Notes: generated from the sequence alone by a model not told the origin. A stretch of DNA of 32,000 nt from Archaeoglobus fulgidus DSM 4304 (GCF_000008665.1 NC_000917.1:120001-152000); one strand, 5' to 3'. Shown: positions 1-9,385, counted from the first letter of the stretch. Program-made: numbers and translations.

Positions 1-1
1 C

Positions 2-49
2 CCGCCGAGGAGGGATAGCGAGAAGAAAGTGGTGTGGATGCTGGATTGA
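2..49 (+). CDS. 3' end of a possible upstream plus-strand CDS running in from outside the window (PPRRDSEKKVVWMLD*)
   Basis: Open frame from window start to TGA at 47-49; very short. Confidence 0.2.
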   Translation, partial: PPRRDSEKKVVWMLD

Positions 50-114
50 TGAGTAAAGCGCTTCTAAGCCAAATCCTGCTGCATCCATTTTTAGACATCA
101 AAAAAGTTAAAAAA

Positions 115-588
115 TCACTTATAGATAACCTCAAAGGCAGGCTCTACCCCAATCAAGTCTGCAAGCTTCCCCTTGCACTCCTCAGCCCAAACCGCCTTAA
201 CTTTCATCCCCACTCTGACCTTCTCCGGCTCAGTGTTTATTAAAGGCAGAACCAAAGACGAGGAGGTGCCCTCAAATCTCACCATAGCCAGAATTATCTG
301 CTCTCCCTCCTTCAGAAATCCTGCCTGAACTGCATCAATGCCCGCAATGACAACTTTCCCCTTCTCAAGGGGTGGGGAGACGAGGAAGGCGAGCACCTCT
401 CCATACTGGCTGACCTCAACCTTCTCCGCTGTCTCTGTGAAGCACCTCGCACAGATTTCCCTCGGTGGCACATACACCCTGCCGCATGAAGCGCAGAGGG
501 AGCCTATGATTTTTCTCTCCCTGAAGCTTTTGACGTACTCATCCAGATAGCCCACCGGAGCCTTCCACCTGTAGGCTCCCAGTTCCAC
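115..588 (-). CDS. DUF35-type OB-fold/Zn-ribbon protein (acyl-CoA-associated, thiolase partner)
   Basis: ORF 157 aa; CASCGRVYVPPREICARC zinc-ribbon pattern; next to thiolase-like gene. Confidence 0.88.
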   Translation of the reverse strand: MELGAYRWKAPVGYLDEYVKSFRERKIIGSLCASCGRVYVPPREICARCFTETAEKVEVSQYGEVLAFLVSPPLEKGKVVIAGIDAVQAGFLKEGEQIILAMVRFEGTSSSLVLPLINTEPEKVRVGMKVKAVWAEECKGKLADLIGVEPAFEVIYK

Positions 589-643
589 TCTCCCTCTACC
601 TGCATGGTTTTTTCGAATTTTTCCTTAATAAGCCCCATTTCCA

Positions 644-1879
644 TCACCTCGGCCTGTCTCCAAGCACCATTACCGTGTTGAACTGCACCTGTCCCCCCCA
701 CGCGTGAGCAACTGCATTTCTCACGTCCTTTGGAACCTGATGCTCCTCAGCCTTCCCCATTATCTGCAGTGCTGCCTCCACAACCCTCTGCATGCCAGAA
801 GAGCCAATGGCGTTTGTTGCGTTAACCCCTCCTGAGGGGCAGATGGGGAAGTCGCCGTCAATTTCTGTTACTCCCTCTTCCACAGCTTTCCATGCGGTGC
901 CATCATCGAAGAAACCAAGTCTCTCGCTGAACATCAGCTCTTGATGGGGGAAGGGGGCGTAAATCTCAGCAACATCTATCTCCTTCCTTGGATCCTTAAT
1001 CCCCGCCCTTTCGTAGGCCTTTCTGGCAGAGAGAATTGCCCCTGTCTGGTCGGAGTAGTCAACAACTGCTGTCCCCTGATAGCTCTCTCCCTGATCAGCC
1101 TCCTCGTCAGCGTAGGCTGCAACACCCTTTACCCACGCCACCTCCTTGATTCCAAGCCTCTTCACCGCATCCTCGCTGGCGTAAATAACGCATGACGCAC
1201 CATCACTTGCAGGGCAGACGTGGCCGAAGCGCATGGGCCATATCAGCATCTCGGTCTTTGCTATGTCTTCAGGAGTGCAGTTGGGCCACTTAAGGTGGGC
1301 GTACTTGTTCTTTGCAGCATTTCTCCTTGCCTTGGCTGCAACCATGTCGAAGTGCTCGATGCTGCATCCTGATCTGGCCATGTAGAAGGCAGCCTGATAG
1401 GCTGATATGCCAGCAGCAGCACCGGCAAGGCCCATAATTGCGAAGCTCCTCATGTCCATGCCAATTTTCATCATGTAGCTTAAATTGGCGAAGGCTACGT
1501 GGAGTAAGCCTGTTGTCGCACCCGGCTCTGCGCTGTCGCTGTGCTTCTCCCAGCTCACAGCCAGAACAACATCGTACATCCCTGAAGCGACCTCGTAGTA
1601 GCCGAGGTGGGCGGTGGAGCCACCAACCGTCCCTCCTGTGGCAACTCTCTGCATCGCTTTACCCCCTGCAGCGATGTAGTCGGCAAACACCAAATCGGGC
1701 TGGCAGATCCCACCAAACCCCTGCATGTTTCCAACAGCGTAAGCCTCAATGTCTTCGGGAGCGATGCTTGCATCTTCTATCGCCGCCCAAACGGCTTCTG
1801 CAACAAGCTCAGCTTGGCTAACATCAGTCCTTCTACCATGCTTCGACTGCCCGCAACCAATAATCGCAACTCTCCTCAT
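644..1879 (-). CDS. Thiolase-like / acetyl-CoA acetyltransferase family protein
   Basis: ORF 411 aa; VAIIGCGQSKHG start, VASGMYDVVLAVSWEK, CPSGGVNATNAIGSSGMQRVVEAA. Confidence 0.85.
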   Translation of the reverse strand: MRRVAIIGCGQSKHGRRTDVSQAELVAEAVWAAIEDASIAPEDIEAYAVGNMQGFGGICQPDLVFADYIAAGGKAMQRVATGGTVGGSTAHLGYYEVASGMYDVVLAVSWEKHSDSAEPGATTGLLHVAFANLSYMMKIGMDMRSFAIMGLAGAAAGISAYQAAFYMARSGCSIEHFDMVAAKARRNAAKNKYAHLKWPNCTPEDIAKTEMLIWPMRFGHVCPASDGASCVIYASEDAVKRLGIKEVAWVKGVAAYADEEADQGESYQGTAVVDYSDQTGAILSARKAYERAGIKDPRKEIDVAEIYAPFPHQELMFSERLGFFDDGTAWKAVEEGVTEIDGDFPICPSGGVNATNAIGSSGMQRVVEAALQIMGKAEEHQVPKDVRNAVAHAWGGQVQFNTVMVLGDRPR

Positions 1880-3072
1880 GGCCTATCACCCAGCACAAAA
1901 ACAAGATTCTTCTGAGCACACAACCCCCACTGAGCATGAGCCAAAGCAGTTCTGCAATCTTCGACCTGATTCTCTGCCTCACCCCTGACCTGCCTTGCAG
2001 CCTCAATCAGCCTTATCATTCCCGTTGCGCAAATCGCATCACCAGCCAAAGCTCCACCGCTGGGATTGACGGGCATGTCTCCGTAAACCTCCGTAATTCC
2101 CTCCTCAATCAGAACCTTCCCCATTCCATCTCTGCAGAAACCAAGGGCCTCGTAGGCCATTAGCTCATGGTGGGCAAACCTCTCCGAAATCTCAGCAACA
2201 TCAATCTGCCTGAAGGGCTCTTCAATACCCGCCATTCTGTACGCTTTCTCAGCAGCAAGCCTCAACGACTCAAGCCTTCCCAAGTCTCTGTCCCTCAAGT
2301 ATCTGTCGCAGGAATTGCCAATGCCCTTAATCCAAACTGGTTCATCGCAAAGCTCTTTTGCCACCTCCTCGCTGGCAAGGACAACAGCAGCAGCACCGTC
2401 GCATGGAGGGGCAATCATAAGCTCTGTAAGCGGAGAGGAGTATAGCTTTGATTCCAGCACCTCTTCAACAGTTACATCAGCCATTTTTCTGAAGGCATAG
2501 GGAACCTTTGCAGCATTCCTCAGGTTTTTAACGCAAACCTCTGCCAGATGCCCCTCATCCACCCCACTCCTGCTCATGTAAAGCCTCGCCTGTAAAGCTG
2601 CGAGCGTAATTCCATTCAGCAATTCATTCTGCCTGTCGAACCACGGCTCAAGCATGTACTGCGAAACCTGATGGGGGTTGAAAATCCAGCTGTGAGTGTG
2701 GGAGATAGCTAAAGCAACATCATGAACACCGCTCATTATTCTCTGGGCAGCGTAGAGTGCAGCATACATGCCATCCTCCTCAGCCTTGCTCTCATCCTTC
2801 AGATAGGCCCCGCTGGCCCCAATCAGCATGCAGTTTGAAATCGTTCTCCCATCAAGGAAGTCCGTTGATGCACTTATTACCGTCCCAACATCCTCCCTCT
2901 CAACCCCAGCCCTTCTCATCGCTTCCCTCGTAACCTCAAAAACTGCCTCCTCCCTCGTCTTCTCTGCATCCCACTCCAGCTTGCTTACTGCATAGCCAAT
3001 AATCGCCACCCTCATTCTATCACCCTGAAGCCAATAAGGTCTGAGGGCTTCCCCTCGGTCTTCTCCGCCCAC
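1876..3072 (-). CDS. Thiolase-like family protein (second copy)
   Basis: ORF 398 aa; NPSGGALAGDAICATGMIRLIEAA; 4-nt overlap with the downstream thiolase-like ORF. Confidence 0.83.
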   Translation of the reverse strand: MGGEDRGEALRPYWLQGDRMRVAIIGYAVSKLEWDAEKTREEAVFEVTREAMRRAGVEREDVGTVISASTDFLDGRTISNCMLIGASGAYLKDESKAEEDGMYAALYAAQRIMSGVHDVALAISHTHSWIFNPHQVSQYMLEPWFDRQNELLNGITLAALQARLYMSRSGVDEGHLAEVCVKNLRNAAKVPYAFRKMADVTVEEVLESKLYSSPLTELMIAPPCDGAAAVVLASEEVAKELCDEPVWIKGIGNSCDRYLRDRDLGRLESLRLAAEKAYRMAGIEEPFRQIDVAEISERFAHHELMAYEALGFCRDGMGKVLIEEGITEVYGDMPVNPSGGALAGDAICATGMIRLIEAARQVRGEAENQVEDCRTALAHAQWGLCAQKNLVFVLGDRP

Positions 3073-3479
3073 ACAGGCTCAACCTTGGAGCCGAGCTTCA
3101 CATCTCCCTCAACTCTTGCAAAAATTGTGGAGCTGGCTCCATCAAGCTTTATGGCGGCAAGAACCTCGGGCTTTTCCAGCCATATGTAGCCTCCCTTCCC
3201 GTCAAGCTTGAAGTTAACCTCCGTAAAGCTCTCCACCACCCCTCTGCCACTTAGCTCAACCAAGCAACTCTCACCCAGTTTTGAGTAGCACTGCGGGCAA
3301 ATCTGCCTCGGCGGGACGACAGTGTAGCTGCACTTTTCGCACTTCGCTGCCATTATCTTCTTCTCCTCAAAAGAACGGTAGAATCTCTCCATCAGCTTTC
3401 CAACACTCCATCTGAACCTCGCCACAAAGGGCAGACCAGAGTACCTGTCAACGCCCATGTAACAATTATTAATGAGCAA
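3012..3479 (-). CDS. DUF35-type OB-fold/Zn-ribbon protein (second copy); the true start may be internal
   Basis: ORF 155 aa; CEKCSYTVVPPRQICPQC zinc ribbon; upstream of thiolase-like ORF. Confidence 0.82.
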   Translation of the reverse strand: MLINNCYMGVDRYSGLPFVARFRWSVGKLMERFYRSFEEKKIMAAKCEKCSYTVVPPRQICPQCYSKLGESCLVELSGRGVVESFTEVNFKLDGKGGYIWLEKPEVLAAIKLDGASSTIFARVEGDVKLGSKVEPVWAEKTEGKPSDLIGFRVIE

Positions 3480-3517
3480 ATATTAAATTTTTAAGGAATT
3501 TACATGAGCATAAATGC

Positions 3518-4075
3518 TCATACTCTGCGGTAGAATTTCAGAGTAAAGCCATTGGTCGAGATGCTTTTAACAACATCCCACTCCCCTTTGTAGTATTTCT
3601 CGTAGATATTGAGGATGTGCATGGCCAGAAACTCGCTCACCTCCCTCCTGCGCATCGTGTGCTCGCAAAAAATCTGAATCCACCCATCTCCCTTTGTAAT
3701 CTCCACATAATCAACCCTGTTGAGAACTTTCCAGCCCCTCTTTACCGTCTCAAGAAACTCCTCAAGCTCTATTTCCGCAAAGGGCTTCTTCAAAAACCAC
3801 TCCACTGCAGTTTCCATCATACTCTCCTTTACAGCCTTCTCAATATCACCACATATCAGATGCATGTACTGGCTTCTCCCACATCCTGTGAAATCCAAAT
3901 CTCTAATAAGTCTTATAAGAAGGATGTCGTCTTCGCTGAGATTCCTGTCTTCTCTGTTGAGCAGTTTCAGGGCTGCCTCGATAACCTCATTGATGCCACC
4001 GTAGTCGGGTTTAAACTTTTCAATGATTCTGAACGCCTCCTCTGAAAGAGTGGTCTGAAGTCGTCTTTTTGGCAT
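3518..4075 (-). CDS. Conserved hypothetical protein
   Basis: 185 aa ORF; N-terminal MPKRRLQTTLSEEAFRIIEKFKPDYGGINEVIEAALKLL resembles ribbon-helix-helix-type starts. Confidence 0.6.
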   Translation of the reverse strand: MPKRRLQTTLSEEAFRIIEKFKPDYGGINEVIEAALKLLNREDRNLSEDDILLIRLIRDLDFTGCGRSQYMHLICGDIEKAVKESMMETAVEWFLKKPFAEIELEEFLETVKRGWKVLNRVDYVEITKGDGWIQIFCEHTMRRREVSEFLAMHILNIYEKYYKGEWDVVKSISTNGFTLKFYRRV

Positions 4076-4178
4076 ATTTTTGATTAATTGTTATGTTCAA
4101 TAAATGTTTCGTAAAATTGGGAGAGATGATGTATAGGGTGTTCCTTCAACCCCTACTCAATCTCCTTCTATTAGCTCT

Positions 4179-4643
4179 GTGAAGCGAACAACGAGCTCAT
4201 CCACCTTCCCCTTCAACAGGACAAAACTACACAACCCTAAATCAAAAACAAAACCACCAAAATTCGAAAAATTAATCAAATCTAACCGAATCATCCTTTT
4301 TCAGGTGATTCAAGTGAAACTACCAGTAATTCCTGCCAGAGGAGACGAGAAATTGGAGCTCCTATCTCAAATCGTAAGCAAGCTTGAATCAAGAGAAGCA
4401 AAGAAATTGCTGGCGAGAAATGGAATATCTCCAGTCAATAAAGCCGTAGAGTACCTCAAAGTAATGGCTATGTTCTTCGAACTGGAGATTTCCTATGCTG
4501 TAAGCGAATTGAATAAGCGGTCAGAACTGAGAAAGTTCTTGAGGCTAAGAGAGGAAATAAAACTGAGATCTATCTACAGCTTCATGTCGAAATTTGAGGC
4601 TGAGCAGTTTATAAGCTTAGTTTTCTCCATCCTGGTCCTGTAA
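4179..4643 (+). pseudogene. Probable N-terminal fragment of a transposase, cut off near 4630-4643
   Basis: 154 aa ORF ending abruptly (EAEQFISLVFSILVL*) next to an unrelated transposase remnant; MAMFFELEISYAVSELNKRSELRKFLRLRE recalls archaeal IS4/ISNCY-type N-termini. Confidence 0.45.
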
Positions 4644-5315
4644 CAATAACAGCAATCGATAAATCCTCGACCAGAATTTACGATCCGTGAAGTCTGTTAG
4701 AGAGATCGTGAAGGAGCTCAAGGTCTTCGAGAGGAACAAGTGCCGCTCGAAGTCAAAATTCTCGGAATAGCACCTACGTCAGACATCTTCTACGAGGAGA
4801 ACGGCCAAGATCCTCTCATCCGGTTTCGCACAACGCCGTGCAGGATAAAGAAGTTTGAGGAGAAACTGCCCATTTCGACAGAGAAAAAGCAAAGAAATCT
4901 CGTTGCAATCGATGAAACTGTCGTTAAAGCTAACGGGAAGCGGTACTACGTCTTTGCGGCCATGGATGTGGAGAGGAACGAACTTATTCTGATGAGGGTC
5001 TACACGGCGAGGAATCACCTGACCGCGAAGTCCTTCGTCAAGGAAGTGCTGAATTACTGCGAGGGTAAGCCGAAATTCGTCGTAGATAAAGCTCCCTGGC
5101 TTAAATCAGCTTTAGAGAGCTTTGGATTGGAATACGAGCACGAAACCTTTCGGGAGGAGAAGCAAGGTTGAAGCGGTGTTTTCTTCTTTGAAGCAGAAGA
5201 TCAAGATCTTTTTCTGCTCTATAACAGCAAAGAATCCCGTGAGGAGCTGGAATCTGTTCTGCAAGCTGTTCATGCTGTACTACAACCATCTGAGGTGGTT
5301 AAGTTGACAGGATCA
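4636..5315 (+). mobile_element. Degenerate IS element with IS6/IS240-like DDE transposase
   Basis: DDE-type ORF 4740-5171 (NLVAIDETVVKANGKRYYVFAAMDVERNELI) plus out-of-frame C-terminus 5122-5307; weak imperfect terminal inverted repeat TCCTGTAACAATAAC / TCCTGTCAACTTAAC. Confidence 0.6.
4740..5307 (+). pseudogene. Frameshifted IS6/IS240-type transposase
   Basis: YEHETF (frame of 4740) continues as GRRSKVEAVFSSLKQKIKIFF in the frame of 5122-5307. Confidence 0.7.
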
Positions 5316-5353
5316 TCGCTCAAACCAAAAAGTTGAAATTTTTCAAAACTGCC

Positions 5354-5872
5354 TTACTCCTTAACCCACTCGCTGAGATAAACCTTGAAGGTCTTCCCGA
5401 ACTTCTCCCTCACAATCAGGTCCTTTTCCTCAAGCTTCTTTATAATCATGGACATCTTGGAGTTGGAGAAATCCGTTCTCGCCCTCAGTGAGTCCTGTGT
5501 GATGCCTTCATTCTCTGCAATGATTTTCAAAACCATTGCCTCGTCATCGTTGAGGAGCTTCATCGCAGTTTCGAGCTTGTCTGTGGTAGATCTTTCCTTG
5601 GCTTCAGATATGGTGGCTGTTTGAGCCTCCTGCACAACTTCTGCCTTCTCATCCTGCGTGCTTAAAATGAGGTACGCCGAGAGGAAAATCAGGATTAGAC
5701 CACCCATCCCGAAAATGATAGGCAAAATACCCATGTAGGCTGGTCCCATCATCATGTAGTGGTGCGACATGGGGGAGAAGCTTAAGTAGAGGAACAGCAG
5801 GAAGATTCCGGCTACAAGCAGCACAGCCTCAGAGCTTCTGACCTTCATCAACCTTAAACCTTCCTGAGACAT
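5354..5872 (-). CDS. Membrane-anchored winged-helix/MarR-like transcriptional regulator
   Basis: Two hydrophobic segments then LLNDDEAMVLKIIAENEGITQDSLRARTDFSNSKMSMIIKKLEEKDLIVREKFGKTFKVYLSEW (wHTH pattern). Confidence 0.75.
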   Translation of the reverse strand: MSQEGLRLMKVRSSEAVLLVAGIFLLFLYLSFSPMSHHYMMMGPAYMGILPIIFGMGGLILIFLSAYLILSTQDEKAEVVQEAQTATISEAKERSTTDKLETAMKLLNDDEAMVLKIIAENEGITQDSLRARTDFSNSKMSMIIKKLEEKDLIVREKFGKTFKVYLSEWVKE

Positions 5873-6025
5873 TTTTAAATTTTCGCTCCTTTGCTTAAAT
5901 CGCCCATTGAATTTACAGGCTGCATGTTTTTTGGGTAAAAAGATGCCAGGATGGTAAACGAAAGGTATAAATGAATCCTTAAGCCCTTTTCTTCTATGAT
6001 AACAGTGTTAATTTTGAGGTGTATT

Positions 6026-6781
6026 ATGGTAAAATCAACCACGAGAAAGTCTGCCAAGAGTGACAGAAGAAGATACAACAGGATAGCGAGGTTCTACGAC
6101 CTCTTTGAAACTCCAATGGAGTTAATGAACTTCAGGAAGTGGAGAAAAATGCTCTTCGACCTCATAAAAGCTGAGAAAGGTCTTGTGCTCGAAATTGGTG
6201 CAGGGACTGGCAAGAACATTCCACACTATCCTTCCAACGTTGTGGCGCTGGACATAAGCGAGAAGATGCTTGAAAGAGCGGTGAGAAGGGCTAAAGAGAG
6301 CGGTAAAAAAGTTGATTTTCTTCTGGCAGATGCGGAGAATCTTCCTTTCCGCAGTAACAGCTTTGATGTAGTTTTCACAACCTTCGTTTTCTGCTCCGTA
6401 GATGACCCGGTCAGAGGTTTAAGAGAAGCGTTCAGAGTGCTGAAGAAGGGGGGAAGGGCATACTTTCTGGAGCACATGCTCCCCAAAAGCAGGTTTTTGC
6501 ATCCACTCTTTAACCTCCTCAATCCCATATTCAGGGCATTCGGACCTGAGATTAACAGGAGGACGGACGAAAACATACAAAGGGCAGGATTCCAAATCGT
6601 TAAGGAATACATGCTTTTTGGTAGTGTTTTCAGGTTGATAGTGGCAGAAAAGCCTCTTGATTCAGTAGATGAAGCGTCTGGTTACAGTTTGAAACGTTCT
6701 GAATCATCTGACAGCTCCAATTTTAGACGTTTCATCGGGCAATCCCTATTGCCTTTGAGGTTAACACAGTTATTGAGGTGA
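6026..6781 (+). CDS. SAM-dependent methyltransferase (UbiE/type 11-like)
   Basis: LVLEIGAGTGKNIPHYPSNVVALDISEKMLERA; LPFRSNSFDVVFTTFVFCSVDDP; in-frame ATG at 6026 preferred over 5996. Confidence 0.85.
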   Translation: MVKSTTRKSAKSDRRRYNRIARFYDLFETPMELMNFRKWRKMLFDLIKAEKGLVLEIGAGTGKNIPHYPSNVVALDISEKMLERAVRRAKESGKKVDFLLADAENLPFRSNSFDVVFTTFVFCSVDDPVRGLREAFRVLKKGGRAYFLEHMLPKSRFLHPLFNLLNPIFRAFGPEINRRTDENIQRAGFQIVKEYMLFGSVFRLIVAEKPLDSVDEASGYSLKRSESSDSSNFRRFIGQSLLPLRLTQLLR

Positions 6782-6787
6782 TGCGAA

Positions 6788-7087
6788 ATGAACTGGAAGA
6801 AGGTTGGAATAATTGTCGCCCTCGCCATCGCTGCAGGGCTGTATGTTGCGGCAGCGATGCCATGGGGCATGGGATATGGCCCAATGATGGGCTACACCCC
6901 GATGATGGGCTATGGAGGAGGAATGATGGGTGGCATGATGGGTGGCTACGCACCACAGTACGGCCCCTCAGGGCAGGGATATGGCCCTGCGTATAACTAC
7001 ACCGACACTCCACAGCAGCCTCAGGGCTACTACGTGCCTTACGGGTATTACGGAGGTCATGGCTGTCCGATGATGGGCTACTGGTAA
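6788..7087 (+). CDS. Small Met/Gly/Tyr-rich exported or membrane-anchored protein
   Basis: N-terminal signal/TM helix then MPWGMGYGPMMGYTPMMGYGGGMMGGMMGGY...HGCPMMGYW. Confidence 0.75.
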   Translation: MNWKKVGIIVALAIAAGLYVAAAMPWGMGYGPMMGYTPMMGYGGGMMGGMMGGYAPQYGPSGQGYGPAYNYTDTPQQPQGYYVPYGYYGGHGCPMMGYW

Positions 7088-7104
7088 GGGCTGGTGGGAG
7101 TAGC

Positions 7105-7566
7105 ATGCGGAAGGTTTTAACCCCTATTTTTTTGATTCTCATTCTAATCCCTGCAATCTCGCAGGGATTCAACCTTCTCTCCCCTCAACCCGCTGGAGTC
7201 AACAAAACAGTTTACATCGAAGCCTTCCAGTTCGGATACAGAGTTGTTGCAATTCAGGAGGGAGACAAGCTTTACTACCCCAGCACTCCATCGCTGAAAC
7301 TCAACGCTGGCGACACTGTAACCTTCCATGTTGTCACAAAGGATGTTACTCACGGCTTCACGATTGACGGCATAACAGACGGCATTGCTGAAGAACTGCT
7401 GGTTATTCCCGGAAGAACGCTGGTTGTGGGGCCGGTAACATTCACCGATGTCGGGAAGTACAGAGTCAGGTGTTCGGCAAATTGCGGTTCTCTGCACCCC
7501 TTCATGAGCATTGATATAATTGTCGAGCCCAAAATTCCATACTACGCCCTTTCCGCTTTGCTCTAA
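7105..7566 (+). CDS. CuA-type cupredoxin, cytochrome c oxidase subunit II-like
   Basis: Signal peptide; DVTHGFTIDGI and C-x3-C-x3-H-x2-M motif CSANCGSLHPFM. Confidence 0.85.
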   Translation: MRKVLTPIFLILILIPAISQGFNLLSPQPAGVNKTVYIEAFQFGYRVVAIQEGDKLYYPSTPSLKLNAGDTVTFHVVTKDVTHGFTIDGITDGIAEELLVIPGRTLVVGPVTFTDVGKYRVRCSANCGSLHPFMSIDIIVEPKIPYYALSALL

Positions 7567-8975
7567 TGGTAGGCTTTGCAGCACTGCTTTACGATGGGAG
7601 TGGAGGGGGAGAAATCAGGTTTAGGGCAAGACTTCTTAAGCCCAGATGGGTTATTTTCCTACTCACAGCGATAAATCTTTCCGTTTTCCTGCTCATAATT
7701 TTCACAGGTCTTTTCGGCAGTGCTGTTGGCAGTGAGAACTTTTCCATTGCCGTTACGTGGATTCTCTGGTTTGCGTTAGTTGAGTTCATGATTCTGTTCG
7801 CTGCAAGAGTCTGGTGTGCCGTCTGTCCCATTCCTGTCATAGGAGAGTGGCTCAAAAGGAGGAGGATTCTGGGAGTGAGGGAATTTGAAAGCAGCTTCAC
7901 TTTTCCCGCAAGATACAGGAACATGTGGATTCCAGCCATTGGCTTCCTTCTGCTTTCCCTGTTCATTCCGTGGATAGTAACCAAGCCCCTCGTTACAGCT
8001 TTGCTCTTCATTTCCCTAATTGCTGTTGCGACGGCAATGTATCTCATCTATCCTCCAAGATACTTCTGCAGGCACGTCTGTCCGGCAAGCGGATACATCG
8101 GCTATCACTCCAATGCCTCCCTCCTTGCTTTGAGGAGTGAGGACAGGGAGAAGTGCAGGAGATGTGAGAAGTTCTGCCTGAAAGGGAGCGAAGAGGGTTA
8201 CGCCTGCCCGTGGAAGCTATATCCCGGAGGGAACGAGGAGAACACCTACTGCGGGCTATGCCTTGAGTGCCTCAGGACATGCAGATACGACAACCTCAGC
8301 TTCAGGCTCAGGTTGCCCTTCGAAGAGCTTTCAAAGAAGGCAGTAAGAGCTGGTAAGGCTCTGAAGCTCGATGAGGCGGCGATGGGATTCATAAGGTTCG
8401 GTCTGGCTATCTTCTACGAGCTTTTCTTCTTCGGCAGCCTCTACTGGCTCAAGGACTTCGGCAACATGGGCAATCCCTATGGAGTGAACTTGGAGAACGC
8501 TTATCTACTCCTTCCATCCTTCTTCGGGATTGTCAAGTGGCTTATATGGGCTGGAATCGTGGTCGGGACAATCGCAGCCTTCGCTGGGCTTTACTACATC
8601 TTCAGCTGGATTGGTGCGAGAATTGCCAAAGTTGACACCAAGCAGCTTTTCGTGGCCCTCAGCTACTCCTTGGCCCCTTACGGTCTCCTTGTGTGGGCTG
8701 GTTTTGCAGTTGGGCTGCTCGCCTACTTCCACATCTATCCATTCAGCGCCTTCCTCGACCCCTTCGGGGTGGAGAAGAATGCCTTTCCAGTGGCGAACGT
8801 CAAGCTCATAATACAGATTCAGGCTCTCTTCATTGCTGCAGGACTTGCTTCTGCAATTGTTGCAACTAAGAGGGTAGCCAAGAGGTTGACAGATAAATTT
8901 GAGGCCCTCACAGCGGTTTACAGCGTTCCTCACTTAATTGCAGCCCTCACGCTGATAAAAATCATAGCGGGGTGA
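7566..8975 (+). CDS. NapH/NosR-like membrane polyferredoxin with C-terminal Yip1-like membrane domain
   Basis: Multiple TM segments; CAVCPIP, CRHVCPASG, CRRCEKFC...CPWK, CGLCLECLRTC cysteine motifs; long hydrophobic C-terminus. Confidence 0.8.
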   Translation: MVGFAALLYDGSGGGEIRFRARLLKPRWVIFLLTAINLSVFLLIIFTGLFGSAVGSENFSIAVTWILWFALVEFMILFAARVWCAVCPIPVIGEWLKRRRILGVREFESSFTFPARYRNMWIPAIGFLLLSLFIPWIVTKPLVTALLFISLIAVATAMYLIYPPRYFCRHVCPASGYIGYHSNASLLALRSEDREKCRRCEKFCLKGSEEGYACPWKLYPGGNEENTYCGLCLECLRTCRYDNLSFRLRLPFEELSKKAVRAGKALKLDEAAMGFIRFGLAIFYELFFFGSLYWLKDFGNMGNPYGVNLENAYLLLPSFFGIVKWLIWAGIVVGTIAAFAGLYYIFSWIGARIAKVDTKQLFVALSYSLAPYGLLVWAGFAVGLLAYFHIYPFSAFLDPFGVEKNAFPVANVKLIIQIQALFIAAGLASAIVATKRVAKRLTDKFEALTAVYSVPHLIAALTLIKIIAG

Positions 8976-8979
8976 GATT

Positions 8980-9360
8980 ATGAAGAAGGAGATTGCTGCA
9001 TTGCTTTTCGTAATCCTGATTTCCGCAATACCTGCATACCTGACCTACGACTACATTGAGTCCAGAAAGGAGAAAAATAACCCGGAGATTGTCATTGAAG
9101 CCCACATCACCGAGTCGGGTGGATTCAAACCCAACTACATTGTCGTTCCCAAAAGCAGCAAGGTAAAGCTCGTGTTTAAAGCTGCCGATGTGACCCACGG
9201 CATATTCATCCCGTCTCTCGGCATCAACGAGCTGATTCCTGCGGGCAAGGAGGTGGTGGTGGAGTTCTACGCCGAGAAAGAGGGGGTTTATCCCTTCATG
9301 TGCTCCGTTTACTGCAGTCCCTATCACAGGTTCATGCGGGGTATCATAGTTGTTGTTTAA
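8980..9360 (+). CDS. Second CuA-type cupredoxin
   Basis: Signal anchor; DVTHGIFIPSLG and CSVYCSPYHRFM (C-x3-C-x3-H-x2-M). Confidence 0.85.
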   Translation: MKKEIAALLFVILISAIPAYLTYDYIESRKEKNNPEIVIEAHITESGGFKPNYIVVPKSSKVKLVFKAADVTHGIFIPSLGINELIPAGKEVVVEFYAEKEGVYPFMCSVYCSPYHRFMRGIIVVV

Positions 9361-9385
9361 TAAGGAGTGCAGAAACATAGTCGAA

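Noticed and set aside
34-243. Plus-strand 69 aa ORF at the window start and 338-550
   Set aside because: Overlap the better supported DUF35-type CDS on the minus strand.
7032-7087. Gly/Met/Tyr codon repeats considered as possible DNA-level direct repeats or a CRISPR-like array
   Set aside because: Repetition tracks the encoded peptide (GGAGGAATGATGGG) with no spaced unit of constant length; no CRISPR-like periodic repeats seen anywhere by eye.
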